In this document: in pieces, positions 8,365-16,381 of the stretch
Position numbering within the stretch: the stretch's first letter is position 1
Layout: each line of letters starts with the position of its first letter
IMG/VR virus record: IMGVR_UViG_3300017913_002922
Coordinates: 1 to 30,210 of that record
DNA length: 30,210 nucleotides
Source of the DNA: a virus
Lineage: Duplodnaviria > Caudoviricetes
Strand: one strand, 5' to 3'
The notes under the pieces: model-generated
Databases searched by the model: none
The model's input: the letters and a program-made list of their open reading frames with translations, nothing else
Told to the model about the DNA's origin: nothing
Made by a program: the position numbers and the translations under genes

Positions 8365-8940
8365 ATGCTTTACAAAGATTCTTGCTACCGCTGCAACGGG
8401 ACCGGCCGCTACCGCTGGTTCGCTCAGGGCCAGGTCGCAGAAGGCGATTGCTTTGCCTGCTGGGGCCGCGGCCACAATGTCTTCAAGACCAGCCCCGAGG
8501 TGCGCGCCAAGGCGCGTGCCAAGGCCCAGGCCAAGCGCGACGCCAAGCTCGCCGTTGTGCGCGCTGAGCGCGAGGCTCGCGCCATCGAGGCCGCCAATCG
8601 CGGCAACTTCACCCTCTACCTCTACAGCCTCGCCCGGGCTTCCCGCGAGGCCGTCAAGCCCCCCAAGGCGCCGGTGCCCGCTGGCCGCGTCGAGGTGACC
8701 GGCACCGTCATCTCCACGCGAGAAGAGGAAGGTCCCTACGGATGGCAGCGCAAGGCCCTGGTCGAGGACGACCGCGGCTTCCGCCTCTGGGGCAGCCTGC
8801 CCTCCGCGATCTACCGCGCCGAGAAGGGCGATCGCGTTACCTTCGTTGCCGGCCTCACCGCATCGCGCGACGATGAGTTCTTTGGCTTCTGGAAGCGGCC
8901 CACCAAGGCCGCTTACCTCGACAAGCAGGAGGCAGCATGA
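8365..8940 (+). CDS. protein with an N-terminal DnaJ-type CxxCxGxG zinc finger and a possible OB-like C-terminal domain
   Basis: CYRCNGTG...CFACWGRG, plus a beta-rich C-terminus (RVEVTGTVIS...GDRVTFVA). Confidence 0.7.
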   Translation: MLYKDSCYRCNGTGRYRWFAQGQVAEGDCFACWGRGHNVFKTSPEVRAKARAKAQAKRDAKLAVVRAEREARAIEAANRGNFTLYLYSLARASREAVKPPKAPVPAGRVEVTGTVISTREEEGPYGWQRKALVEDDRGFRLWGSLPSAIYRAEKGDRVTFVAGLTASRDDEFFGFWKRPTKAAYLDKQEAA

Positions 8941-9080
8941 CCTACCGAAACCCGCCGCGGCGCAGCCGCTACCAGGCGCGCATGGTGCGCCGTGACAAGA
9001 ACGATGCCTGGGCAGCCGACGCCCAGGCACGGCTCAAGGCCTTTGAGGCCAAGCAGAAGGAGGAGCAAAAGGATGGCTAG
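8937..9080 (+). CDS. small basic hypothetical protein (47 aa, not in ORF track)
   Basis: RBS AGGAGG and ATGA overlap; MTYRNPPRRSRYQARM...EQKDG. Confidence 0.6.
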   Translation: MTYRNPPRRSRYQARMVRRDKNDAWAADAQARLKAFEAKQKEEQKDG

Positions 9081-9498
9081 CGTGCAGCCTCCCGGCCATG
9101 TGCTAAAGCGCATTTTTTCTGACGGGCTTTTTGTTTCTGTGGACAAAGATACGCGCCCTAACACCGCGGTTTTTCTTGGTTGGTCAGCTACTGAAAAACA
9201 CGTTTTCAACAAGGGCCTTTTCATCAAGCAGACCCCAATCATGGATTTTCGTAATGGGCCATCGCGCCCTGTTTATTACGGCGACATTCCCGGGCCAATA
9301 ACCATCGGCACCACCTGGGCCCTTGGCGTCTGGAGGGTGAACCATGTGCTGCCTAACAAGCGCGCCTGGCTTGAACCCACCTGGGGCTACACTGAGAAGC
9401 AGCTTGAAGAACTGCTCTTCACCGCCGGCTTCCCTGAGGTCGCAGGCGATGTGATTGCAGAGTACCCCTCGATCATTAGCGAAGGAGAAGAACAATGA
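9073..9498 (+). CDS. hypothetical protein (141 aa), AT-richer than its neighbours
   Basis: Starts MASVQPPG after AGGAG and uses many T-ending codons. Confidence 0.6.
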   Translation: MASVQPPGHVLKRIFSDGLFVSVDKDTRPNTAVFLGWSATEKHVFNKGLFIKQTPIMDFRNGPSRPVYYGDIPGPITIGTTWALGVWRVNHVLPNKRAWLEPTWGYTEKQLEELLFTAGFPEVAGDVIAEYPSIISEGEEQ

Positions 9499-9671
9499 GT
9501 CATGGCATCAATGTTTCCGAAGAGCGCCTGGGCGACCATGTCTGCTGGCGCGTCACCTTCGACCGTTCCCGCAGCGGGCTCTACCCGACCCGGGAGGCAG
9601 CCGTCGAGGCGGCCCGGTCCATGCTCGACCTGGAGGAGGCCATCGCGGCGATCCGGGAGGGGAGGGGATGA
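9495..9671 (+). CDS. small hypothetical protein (58 aa, not in ORF track)
   Basis: RBS AAGGAG and ATGA overlaps at both ends; ...GLYPTREAAVEAA... Confidence 0.6.
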   Translation: MSHGINVSEERLGDHVCWRVTFDRSRSGLYPTREAAVEAARSMLDLEEAIAAIREGRG

Positions 9672-9904
9672 TCCCCGAAATCCGCAAGAACCTGGTGCTC
9701 CTCCGGGAGCTCAACCGAAATGGCTTCACCACCAGGCTGGTCTCTGAGACCCTGGAGCTCCTGGCTGAGATGGAGCGCTCGATCAATGGATCCAAACCGA
9801 CTCATCGACCGGATCCTTCTCGCCTTTCTTCTCGCATCGTTCGCCGTGGTCCTGACGTCGATCATCACGAGCATGACGTGACCCAGTTCGGGAGCATGGA
9901 TTGA
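9668..9904 (+). CDS. hypothetical protein (78 aa)
   Basis: MIPEIRKNL... starts after GGAGG with an ATGA overlap. Confidence 0.55.
   Translation: MIPEIRKNLVLLRELNRNGFTTRLVSETLELLAEMERSINGSKPTHRPDPSRLSSRIVRRGPDVDHHEHDVTQFGSMD
9786..9881 (+). CDS. possible nested single-TM micropeptide (31 aa)
   Basis: MDPNRLIDRILLAFLLASFAVVLTSIITSMT with GGAG upstream. It overlaps the 3' half of 9668-9904 in another frame. Confidence 0.4.
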   Translation: MDPNRLIDRILLAFLLASFAVVLTSIITSMT

Positions 9905-10140
9905 TGAAGACACTCAAGGAGCAGGCCTGGCAGAAGGCCTACAACGCCGGACGCACCGCCTACCTGCTGGGCAGCTTCGATGATGACAATCCCTACGGGC
10001 GCGGTAATCTCTACCTATTCTGCGCCTGGTTCGCCGGCTTCTGCGACCGGCACACCGAGGAGCAGGGGCGGGGCAAACCGTTGCCGAGGAGGGGCGATGA
10101 TGGACCTGGTGACCTTTCGGCAGATGCTGAGGTTGCATGA
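9904..10140 (+). CDS. RMF/CrpP-like (ribosome modulation factor-like) protein
   Basis: KAYNAGRTAYLLG....NPY.......AWFAGF parallels the RMF pattern RAxxxGYxAGxxG...CPY...WLGGW. Confidence 0.55.
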   Translation: MKTLKEQAWQKAYNAGRTAYLLGSFDDDNPYGRGNLYLFCAWFAGFCDRHTEEQGRGKPLPRRGDDGPGDLSADAEVA

Positions 10141-10360
10141 CTGGGACTACGAGCAGGCGGTGAGCCGCCACGATTTTGCTCGCGGTGCCCATCAAGAAAT
10201 GCGGATCGAAGAGGCCTTGGGCATACTCCATGCCCAGGGCCTCGGAGAGCCCGCGCAAGAGCTCTACCGATGGTGGAGCGGATTCAGGGACAGCGAGGAG
10301 CCTGTGTGGCTCCTGGAGAGGGAGACGGGCGATGAAGGACAGTCTAAGGAACAAACTTAA
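10097..10360 (+). CDS. hypothetical protein (HDWxY motif)
   Basis: RBS GAGGAGG; MMDLVTFRQMLRLHDWDYE. Confidence 0.6.
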   Translation: MMDLVTFRQMLRLHDWDYEQAVSRHDFARGAHQEMRIEEALGILHAQGLGEPAQELYRWWSGFRDSEEPVWLLERETGDEGQSKEQT

Positions 10361-10562
10361 GGCGCTCTCGCTGAGCGCGCCCCCGCACATGGCGGGGGAG
10401 ATCTTTTACGTCGCCGAGAAGCGCGCCAGGGCCGGCCGTAGCGAGCGAGAGATCCTCGCCGAGGCCAGGGTCGCCATGGGCGAGAAGAGCGCCCTGGAGC
10501 TCGCCTGGCGCTGGATCAGGGAGAAGCTGCGTGCCCGCTGGCCGACCAAGAAAATATCCTAG
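10332..10562 (+). CDS. hypothetical protein (76 aa)
   Basis: GGAG upstream of MKDSLRNK. Confidence 0.5.
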   Translation: MKDSLRNKLKALSLSAPPHMAGEIFYVAEKRARAGRSEREILAEARVAMGEKSALELAWRWIREKLRARWPTKKIS

Positions 10563-10833
10563 AACCGCCCTTTATCTTCCCAAGATGTTTTTCCGCTGGA
10601 GCGAGGCCCGGGGCGGGCAGGTGCCCGTGGTTCTGGGCGAGGACGTCAAGAACCTCATCGTCGACGGAAACGACGAGCTCCTGGGGCACCTCCTCGACGA
10701 TTGCCATCGCTGGAGCGAAGACGAGTCCGAGGAGTGCCCCTGGACGATCAAGCAGTCGGCGACCAAGACCGCCGAAAATATCTACCGTCAGATTGCTAAG
10801 CGCACCTCAAAGCGCAAGAAGACGCCGGACTAG
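10531..10833 (+). CDS. hypothetical protein (100 aa) with an N-terminal GRPRKY AT-hook-like motif
   Basis: GTG start after GGAG. It is the last gene of the + strand early array. Confidence 0.55.
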   Translation: MPAGRPRKYPRTALYLPKMFFRWSEARGGQVPVVLGEDVKNLIVDGNDELLGHLLDDCHRWSEDESEECPWTIKQSATKTAENIYRQIAKRTSKRKKTPD

Positions 10834-11004
10834 GTTGTTCGCCGCGCGGTTCAAATCAGACTCTGTCTCGATCACAAACACGTCGCTCAGGCTCCTGGTT
10901 CCATCGGTCATGCTTAGGCGGAAAGCATGGTCCCCGTACCCCGGAGCATAGCGCGCTTCGATATCGTGGCGATCGGCAAGCTTCTGCACCGTCTCTTTCT
11001 GCAT
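10807..11004 (-). CDS. hypothetical protein (65 aa)
   Basis: RBS GAGGAGAGG before MQKETVQK. Confidence 0.6.
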   Translation of the reverse strand: MQKETVQKLADRHDIEARYAPGYGDHAFRLSMTDGTRSLSDVFVIETESDLNRAANNLVRRLLAL

Positions 11005-11018
11005 GGTTCCTCTCCTCT

Positions 11019-11423
11019 TCAGAACGGGATCTCTTCCTCCCACTCGGGGCAGGCGCCGATCATGGCGGCGAAATCCTCCGGGGGAGATTGGTCAAATTTT
11101 GTACAGCTGCCATGCTGGTCGTAGTGTTCGCAGGTGTGGCAGCAGGCAGGTGGCTGACGGTGTTTCGCTAGCCGGTAATGGAGCACGTCCTCGGGTTCCG
11201 CGTGTCTCAAGTCCAAAGCCTCCTCTCTGATCCAGATGTTAGCCGCCCGGCGGCCGGCGTTCTCTCGCTTCACGAGGGACGGCTCGGCGGCCTCTCCCTC
11301 TTCCCAGGCCCAGGCATAGCCCCAGAGGAGGGCCCTGCGCGCAGGCCTCGGGAAGCCATCGATGATCACCTCGACATAGCGCCGGTCGTCACGATGTGAC
11401 AACAAGCTCTTCCATCCCCGCAT
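11019..11423 (-). CDS. hypothetical protein with a C-terminal Cys-rich domain (CCHTC..C..C) ending in EIPF; possible internal TTG start at 11210
   Basis: A strong RBS precedes both the ATG at 11423 and the TTG at 11210. Confidence 0.6.
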   Translation of the reverse strand: MRGWKSLLSHRDDRRYVEVIIDGFPRPARRALLWGYAWAWEEGEAAEPSLVKRENAGRRAANIWIREEALDLRHAEPEDVLHYRLAKHRQPPACCHTCEHYDQHGSCTKFDQSPPEDFAAMIGACPEWEEEIPF

Positions 11424-13020
11424 CCCAGACCCTCCTCTTCACCTTGAAAAACTGACCGTCCTTCACGAACTCAATCCGATCCGGGGGGATGCTCTTGTTC
11501 ATCGTGTCGCAGAGATCCCCCAGGTCCTTGCACTCCCCCAGGCGCGCGTCGGAGTTCTGGGCGATGCGGTTGAGCAGGTCCCAGGCCTTCCGCCGGGCGT
11601 AGCCCTCGTGGAGGATCGGCAGGTACTCGGTGACCGTGGGGTCGCTCAGGTTCATGCCGTAGTAAATGATCTTGACCATCTCCTTCCCGGAGGTGCGGCT
11701 GATGTGCTTGCGCCACGCCCAGCCCCGGAGCTCGCGCCCCCTCTGGGTCCGGGTGTTGCCCATGATGTCCTCGTCCCCGAGCTCCCAGCTGCGCTCCTTG
11801 GCCTCCGGCTCTTTCACCGGGAACTCATAACCGCAGGAGGAGCAGAACTTGTTCGCCGCCAGGTTGATCTCATTGCACTCAGGGCAGGTGCGGGTCGGGG
11901 GCGCGCCGTTGCCCTTCCTCGACGGGCGCACGGCCGTGATGGGCCCGTGGGCGGACACGTTGCCGGCGAAGTCTAGGACCAGGCAGTCGCTCTTCCCCTC
12001 CGCGACGCGCATGCCGCGGCCTACCATCTGCACATAGAGCGTGGGCGACATGGTTGGGCGCAGGAGGGCGACAATGTCCACCCCGGGGGCGTCGAAGCCC
12101 GTGGTCAGGACGTTGGCGTTGGTTACGAAGCGGAGCTCGCCGGAGCGGAAGAGATCGATGATCCTGGCGCGGCGATCGGGCGGTGTGGTGCCGACGATCG
12201 TGCCCACGCGCTGCCCGAGCTCATTGAACATATCGGCCACGGAGTGGGCATGCTCGACCCCGGCGCAGAAGACGATCACGGACTTGCGGCCGGTGGCATC
12301 GGCAATGCGCAGGATCTCACTCACGGCCTGGTAATTGTTCAGGTCGGTGTTGACCTTGGCCTCAAGCTCCTTGCTGTTGTATTCCCCGGCGGTCTTCTTC
12401 ACCCCCGCGACGTCAAGCTTCAGCTCCGTGGCCTTGCTCTTCAGCGGCGCCAGGTACTTGTCGAAGACGAGCTCCTCGATCGTCACCGGGCGGATGATGT
12501 CGGAGAAGATGGCGTGCTCGCCCTCGGTCAGGTAGCCCTGGCCCAGGCGGAAGGGCGTCGCCGTGAGCCCGATCGCGCGCACCGCGGGGTTGATCTCCGC
12601 CAGGTCCGCCAGGAGCTGCCTGTAGCCGCCCTTGGGTGTGTTATTGATCAGGTGGCACTCGTCGATGATCACCAGGTCAATGTGGCCCAGGTCGTGCGCA
12701 CGGCTGCGCACGGACTGGATCCCGGCGAAGGTGATGGAGTCGATCTCCCGGCTGTTGAGCCCGGCGCTGTAGATGCCCATGGGGGCATCAGGCCAGACCA
12801 GGCGCATCTTCTCCGCGTTCTGCGAGATGAGCTCTTTAACATGGGTCAGCATCAGCACCCGGGTCTCGGGCCACTTCTCCAGGGCATCCCGGCACAGCTG
12901 GGCGACGACCCAGCTTTTCCCGGAGCCCGTCGGGAGCTCCAGGACCGGGTTGCCGCCGGGGTTGGCGCTGAACCACTCGTAAAGCATGTTGATCGATCGG
13001 GACTGGTACTCACGAAGCAT
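11389..13020 (-). CDS. superfamily 2 DEAD/DEAH helicase (RadD/YejH-like) with a C-terminal Zn ribbon
   Basis: LREYQ, PTGSGKS, DECH, TATP, TTGFD, QMVGRGMR and CPEC...CSSC. Confidence 0.95.
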   Translation of the reverse strand: MLREYQSRSINMLYEWFSANPGGNPVLELPTGSGKSWVVAQLCRDALEKWPETRVLMLTHVKELISQNAEKMRLVWPDAPMGIYSAGLNSREIDSITFAGIQSVRSRAHDLGHIDLVIIDECHLINNTPKGGYRQLLADLAEINPAVRAIGLTATPFRLGQGYLTEGEHAIFSDIIRPVTIEELVFDKYLAPLKSKATELKLDVAGVKKTAGEYNSKELEAKVNTDLNNYQAVSEILRIADATGRKSVIVFCAGVEHAHSVADMFNELGQRVGTIVGTTPPDRRARIIDLFRSGELRFVTNANVLTTGFDAPGVDIVALLRPTMSPTLYVQMVGRGMRVAEGKSDCLVLDFAGNVSAHGPITAVRPSRKGNGAPPTRTCPECNEINLAANKFCSSCGYEFPVKEPEAKERSWELGDEDIMGNTRTQRGRELRGWAWRKHISRTSGKEMVKIIYYGMNLSDPTVTEYLPILHEGYARRKAWDLLNRIAQNSDARLGECKDLGDLCDTMNKSIPPDRIEFVKDGQFFKVKRRVWDAGMEELVVTS

Positions 13021-13856
13021 TAGCGATTCTCCTCGTGCAAATCTTCAATCTGCCAGTGATCGGGGCAGCCCTCGTGCTGGAAGTCCGTGGGGATCTCATT
13101 GTTCCCGTGCAGGTTGCACAGCCAGCGTGAGCCCTCGGTCGGCACGGAGTGGGCGCAGGTGCGGCAGTTCTTCTCGACCTCGGCGTTGCCGTGGCAGAAC
13201 TCCCTGGCCGCGCACATCTTGCACTGCCACCAGCTTGGGTCCTTTGAGATCGGCGGGGGCATGCGCTCGCTGAGCGCAATGCGCTTCCCCTTCTCGACCA
13301 GGGCCTGGGCCTTGTCCGCGTCGAGGCGCACGCGCTCGGCGTAGAGCCGGTCGTCGTCCTTGCAGATGGCCACATAAAGCGCGCGGTCGATGCCAAGCCC
13401 CAGCATGTACACCTGCATCTGGGCCCAGTGCTGGGGCTTAGATTCCTTCACGCCCTTCTTCTCAAGGCCGTTGAAGCTGGCCTTGTTGTGGGTCTTGAAC
13501 TCAGCGACATGGCGCTTGCTGGGCGCCTCAGGCACGCCGCAGCGGATCACGCCATCGGCGGAGCCGGACACATGGGAGCCGAACTTCACCCGCGCCTGGG
13601 TCGACTCAAACTCGATCCCGATGGCCTCCAGGTCGGCAATGATCGTGTCCTCCTCCATCTGACCGCGACGGAAGAGGCGCAGCATCCTGCCCGGGAAACG
13701 CTCGACGATGGCCCAACGAAAGTTGAGCCAAAGCCAGCGTTCACAGTGATGCCCGAGCTGAGACGCCCCCAGGTGCGGCCGGGGCCGCTCCTGCAGCGAC
13801 TCGTGGTGCTTGTCCACGAGCGCTGCGATGGTGTGTTGCGGGGGCGGGATCTTCAT
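13020..13856 (-). CDS. PD-(D/E)XK Cas4-like/YqaJ-like exonuclease
   Basis: LGASQLGHHCER, SGSADG, AEFKT, QMQVYM and a C-terminal Cys cluster (CKMC...C...CRTC). Confidence 0.88.
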   Translation of the reverse strand: MKIPPPQHTIAALVDKHHESLQERPRPHLGASQLGHHCERWLWLNFRWAIVERFPGRMLRLFRRGQMEEDTIIADLEAIGIEFESTQARVKFGSHVSGSADGVIRCGVPEAPSKRHVAEFKTHNKASFNGLEKKGVKESKPQHWAQMQVYMLGLGIDRALYVAICKDDDRLYAERVRLDADKAQALVEKGKRIALSERMPPPISKDPSWWQCKMCAAREFCHGNAEVEKNCRTCAHSVPTEGSRWLCNLHGNNEIPTDFQHEGCPDHWQIEDLHEENR

Positions 13857-14362
13857 GCCCGGTTGGCCCAGGGCGGGGCGTTGCCTGCCGCGGGTTGAGG
13901 TGCCGCTGCCGGCTGGGGTGCCGGTGAAGGCGCGGCGGCTTGTGATGCCGGGGCGGCGGAGCCCGAGAGGGCCTTGAAGGCCTTCACGTCATTGCTGTCG
14001 CCATGCTGCTCGCTGCGACGGATGTTCAGCTTAATGCTGAGCCGGCCACCGATCAGCTGGTCGGTGTCCTGCAGCACGTCGATTCCGATGGACCGCATGA
14101 GGGCGGACATTTGCTGGCGACCGATCTCCTCGGCCTTGGGGTTGGGGTTCGACACCGTGAGGTTGCCGAAGACCACCCGCCCGGCGTGGGTGGGGCCAGC
14201 GACGTCGTAGCGCACCGCAATGTACTGGCCGGTGCCAGCCTTCGTGGTGCGCAGCTCAGCACCGACGATTTCGACGTCATACCACCCCTCGGGCAGCGGG
14301 TCATAGGACCGCTCTTCTTGGGGCATTTCGGATGCGACAAAGGTTTGGCCAAGTTGTGCCAT
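13853..14362 (-). CDS. DUF669-like single-stranded DNA-binding protein
   Basis: YDPLPEGWYDVEI, TKAGTGQY, NDVKAF and a Pro/Ala tail ending PPWA. Confidence 0.8.
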   Translation of the reverse strand: MAQLGQTFVASEMPQEERSYDPLPEGWYDVEIVGAELRTTKAGTGQYIAVRYDVAGPTHAGRVVFGNLTVSNPNPKAEEIGRQQMSALMRSIGIDVLQDTDQLIGGRLSIKLNIRRSEQHGDSNDVKAFKALSGSAAPASQAAAPSPAPQPAAAPQPAAGNAPPWANRA

Positions 14363-14364
14363 GG

Positions 14365-14745
14365 TTACAGCTCCTCGATTGAAAAGGACGGACGTCCAGG
14401 TTTTGTGGTAACTGCCCCCGCGAGCGGGAGGGTGATGCTCTCATCGGCCTGCTGCCAGGCCTTCATGTTCACTTCCGGCCGCCACCGGAAGAGGGAACTC
14501 AGGTGATCCTCCAGGCCATGCTCGGCCGCGATTTCGTGGAGGAGGTCAACGTCGACTTTGCGATTCATGCGCTCGGTGACGCGGATCTTGTGGCGCCCAG
14601 TGTCGGCCCCGGTCTTGCCGAGGTTGTCATGGGCCTGCTTCAAGCGGTCGTGAATCTCGTCCTCCAGGGCGCGGCGTCGGCTGGTTGCACCGGCCTCCTC
14701 GCCCTTGGCACGGAGCCACGCTTCGCAGAGCTCGTCGAGGTTCAT
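14365..14745 (-). CDS. conserved recombination-module protein (126 aa)
   Basis: Coupled to its neighbours, with an N-terminal coiled coil and a C-terminal TTKPGRPSFSI. Confidence 0.7.
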   Translation of the reverse strand: MNLDELCEAWLRAKGEEAGATSRRRALEDEIHDRLKQAHDNLGKTGADTGRHKIRVTERMNRKVDVDLLHEIAAEHGLEDHLSSLFRWRPEVNMKAWQQADESITLPLAGAVTTKPGRPSFSIEEL

Positions 14746-14936
14746 CGCACGAACTCCTTCTCGGTCTCTTTGCGCACGATGACCATCATGCGTCCAACCT
14801 CAAAGGAGGTTTGAGCGATGCGGTACGCCCAGTCCCGCGGGGACTCTTGCCAGGCTGTAAACGCGACTTTCTCGACCAGGGCCTGCATGGCCATGCCGGC
14901 ATATTTGGCGCGGAGCTCCTCATCGGTCGGGATCAT
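14742..14936 (-). CDS. small phage hypothetical protein (64 aa, LRxKYAGMAMQAL motif)
   Basis: ATGA overlaps on both sides. Confidence 0.65.
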   Translation of the reverse strand: MIPTDEELRAKYAGMAMQALVEKVAFTAWQESPRDWAYRIAQTSFEVGRMMVIVRKETEKEFVR

Positions 14937-15403
14937 TGGCTGCCCCCCTTCCGCGGATCATCCCCGTCAGCGAAGCGGGTGTACCACGCGGCCTTGGCCA
15001 GGTCCTCTTCAGGCTTGCCCTTGTAGCGATGACGCCATTGATACTTGAACGCATTGATCCTGGCGTAGACGCGCACGGCGTCCTCACCAAAAACCTGGAC
15101 CATGGCGTCGATGCACTCAATCGCTCCGGTCTTGTAGTGCTCCGGGCTGTTGACGGGATCTTTAACCTGGTCTTGCTTGGCAAGCCAGCGCTCTGCCTGC
15201 TTAGCCTCCCAGCGCTTTTTCGCGTAGGCGTTTTGGCACTTCCGGCAGCTGTACTGCAGCCCATCCTTTGCCTTTGAGCTCTTGGCGAAGGCAACCTTAG
15301 GGAGCTTTTCCTTGCAGCGACTGCAAACCTTCTTGTAAGGCCCGCGCTTCTTGCCCTTCTGCCCGCCATCAAGGTTCAGCTGTTTCTGATCATCGCGGCT
15401 CAT
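14933..15403 (-). CDS. Zn-finger plus DUF3310 (T7 gp1.7/SaV-like) protein (156 aa)
   Basis: CSRC...CRKC, then DPVNSPEHY..IECID...KYQWR...KG..EEDLAKAAWY. The start MSRDD overlaps the ATPase stop. Confidence 0.8.
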   Translation of the reverse strand: MSRDDQKQLNLDGGQKGKKRGPYKKVCSRCKEKLPKVAFAKSSKAKDGLQYSCRKCQNAYAKKRWEAKQAERWLAKQDQVKDPVNSPEHYKTGAIECIDAMVQVFGEDAVRVYARINAFKYQWRHRYKGKPEEDLAKAAWYTRFADGDDPRKGGSQ

Positions 15404-16080
15404 CACACACCTCCCTGAATCTTCTTGATCACCGAGCCGAGGTCGGCGGTCTCCCAGGGGTCCAGCCGGCCGGAGCGATCCTTGGCCGTCCACAGGCCAT
15501 CGGACTGGCACTGCAGGGTGCGGATGGTGTTCCCCTCGCCGTCCTTCTCAACCCGGAGCGGGAGCACCAGGTCGAAGAAATAGGGCAGCTGCTGCCCGAG
15601 CTTGGCGCCGGGCATGGACGGGCTGTAGAGCACCCGGCCCATCTCGTCCTGGGACTTCTCAAGCTTCGCCGTAAAGTAAACGTGCTTCCCAGGGAGATCC
15701 CGGAAGCTGCGGATCACCGCCCCCATCACGTCCTGCAGGGCGCCGTAAGCTTGACGGGGATCCTTGGCCGTGGCCTTCTCGCTGGCCAGGACGACCTCAG
15801 CGATCTCGCTGATCGAGTCCAGGGCGACGGATTCAAACTGCGCAGCCTCCTGGCTCTCGGTCACCCATCGATACGCCTCGTTAAGGGCGTCCACGCTGGT
15901 GATCTCGATGAAGGGAAGGTTTGAGCCAGCAATCGACAGCAGGCCCGCCTCGGCGGACATGATCACCGGGCTCGGTAGGGTGGGGATGAGGCTGGTCTTC
16001 CCCGCGCCGGCTTGTCCATAAACAAGCATGCGCACTTGCTTGGCGGCAACGTCGCCGCTTGATTTCAATTGGATCGCCAT
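15403..16080 (-). CDS. AAA_24 / Sak4-like ATPase (single-strand annealing recombinase)
   Basis: Walker A YGQAGAGKT, Walker B VALDSISE, C-terminal AKDRSG, and clustering with the SSB and exonuclease. Confidence 0.88.
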   Translation of the reverse strand: MAIQLKSSGDVAAKQVRMLVYGQAGAGKTSLIPTLPSPVIMSAEAGLLSIAGSNLPFIEITSVDALNEAYRWVTESQEAAQFESVALDSISEIAEVVLASEKATAKDPRQAYGALQDVMGAVIRSFRDLPGKHVYFTAKLEKSQDEMGRVLYSPSMPGAKLGQQLPYFFDLVLPLRVEKDGEGNTIRTLQCQSDGLWTAKDRSGRLDPWETADLGSVIKKIQGGV

Positions 16081-16130
16081 CGCTGGCTCCTCTCGTTTGC
16101 CCCGGTTGGCACCGCGCCGGCTGGGGATGC

Positions 16131-16165
16131 TTGCAAGGCTAAGCGCAATTCGATTAGGGTGTCAA
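16131..16165. promoter_or_regulatory. overlapping divergent sigma70-like promoters
   Basis: Minus strand: TTGACA (16165-60), N18, TAGCCT (16141-36). Plus strand: TTGCAA (16131-36), N18, TAGGGT (16155-60). They lie between divergent operons. Confidence 0.5.
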
Positions 16166-16195
16166 CCCCGTGCGTCTCACTGAGGAGAAAACACG

Positions 16196-16381
16196 TTGAA
16201 GACAGAGGAAGCGATCCGCTGGTACGGCGGGGTGAAGCGGCTTGCGGAGGCCCTCGGGGTCTGGCCGCAGGTGATCTACAAGTGGGGGGAGCATCCACCT
16301 CGTGCGCGGCAATACGAGCTGGAGGTCAAGACAAAGGGTGAGCTGAGGGCGCAACCGGATGAAACTGAACACGATGCTTGA
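16196..16381 (+). CDS. cro: Cro-like HTH regulator
   Basis: AIRWYGGVKRLAEALGVWPQVIYKWG..PP..RQYELEVKTKGEL, with a TTG start and RBS GAGGAG. Confidence 0.85.
   Translation: MKTEEAIRWYGGVKRLAEALGVWPQVIYKWGEHPPRARQYELEVKTKGELRAQPDETEHDA

Noticed and set aside
13020-13856. Cas4-like nuclease as a sign of a CRISPR system
   Set aside because: There are no other cas genes or repeat-spacer array. It sits in a standard phage exonuclease/SSB/ATPase recombination module.
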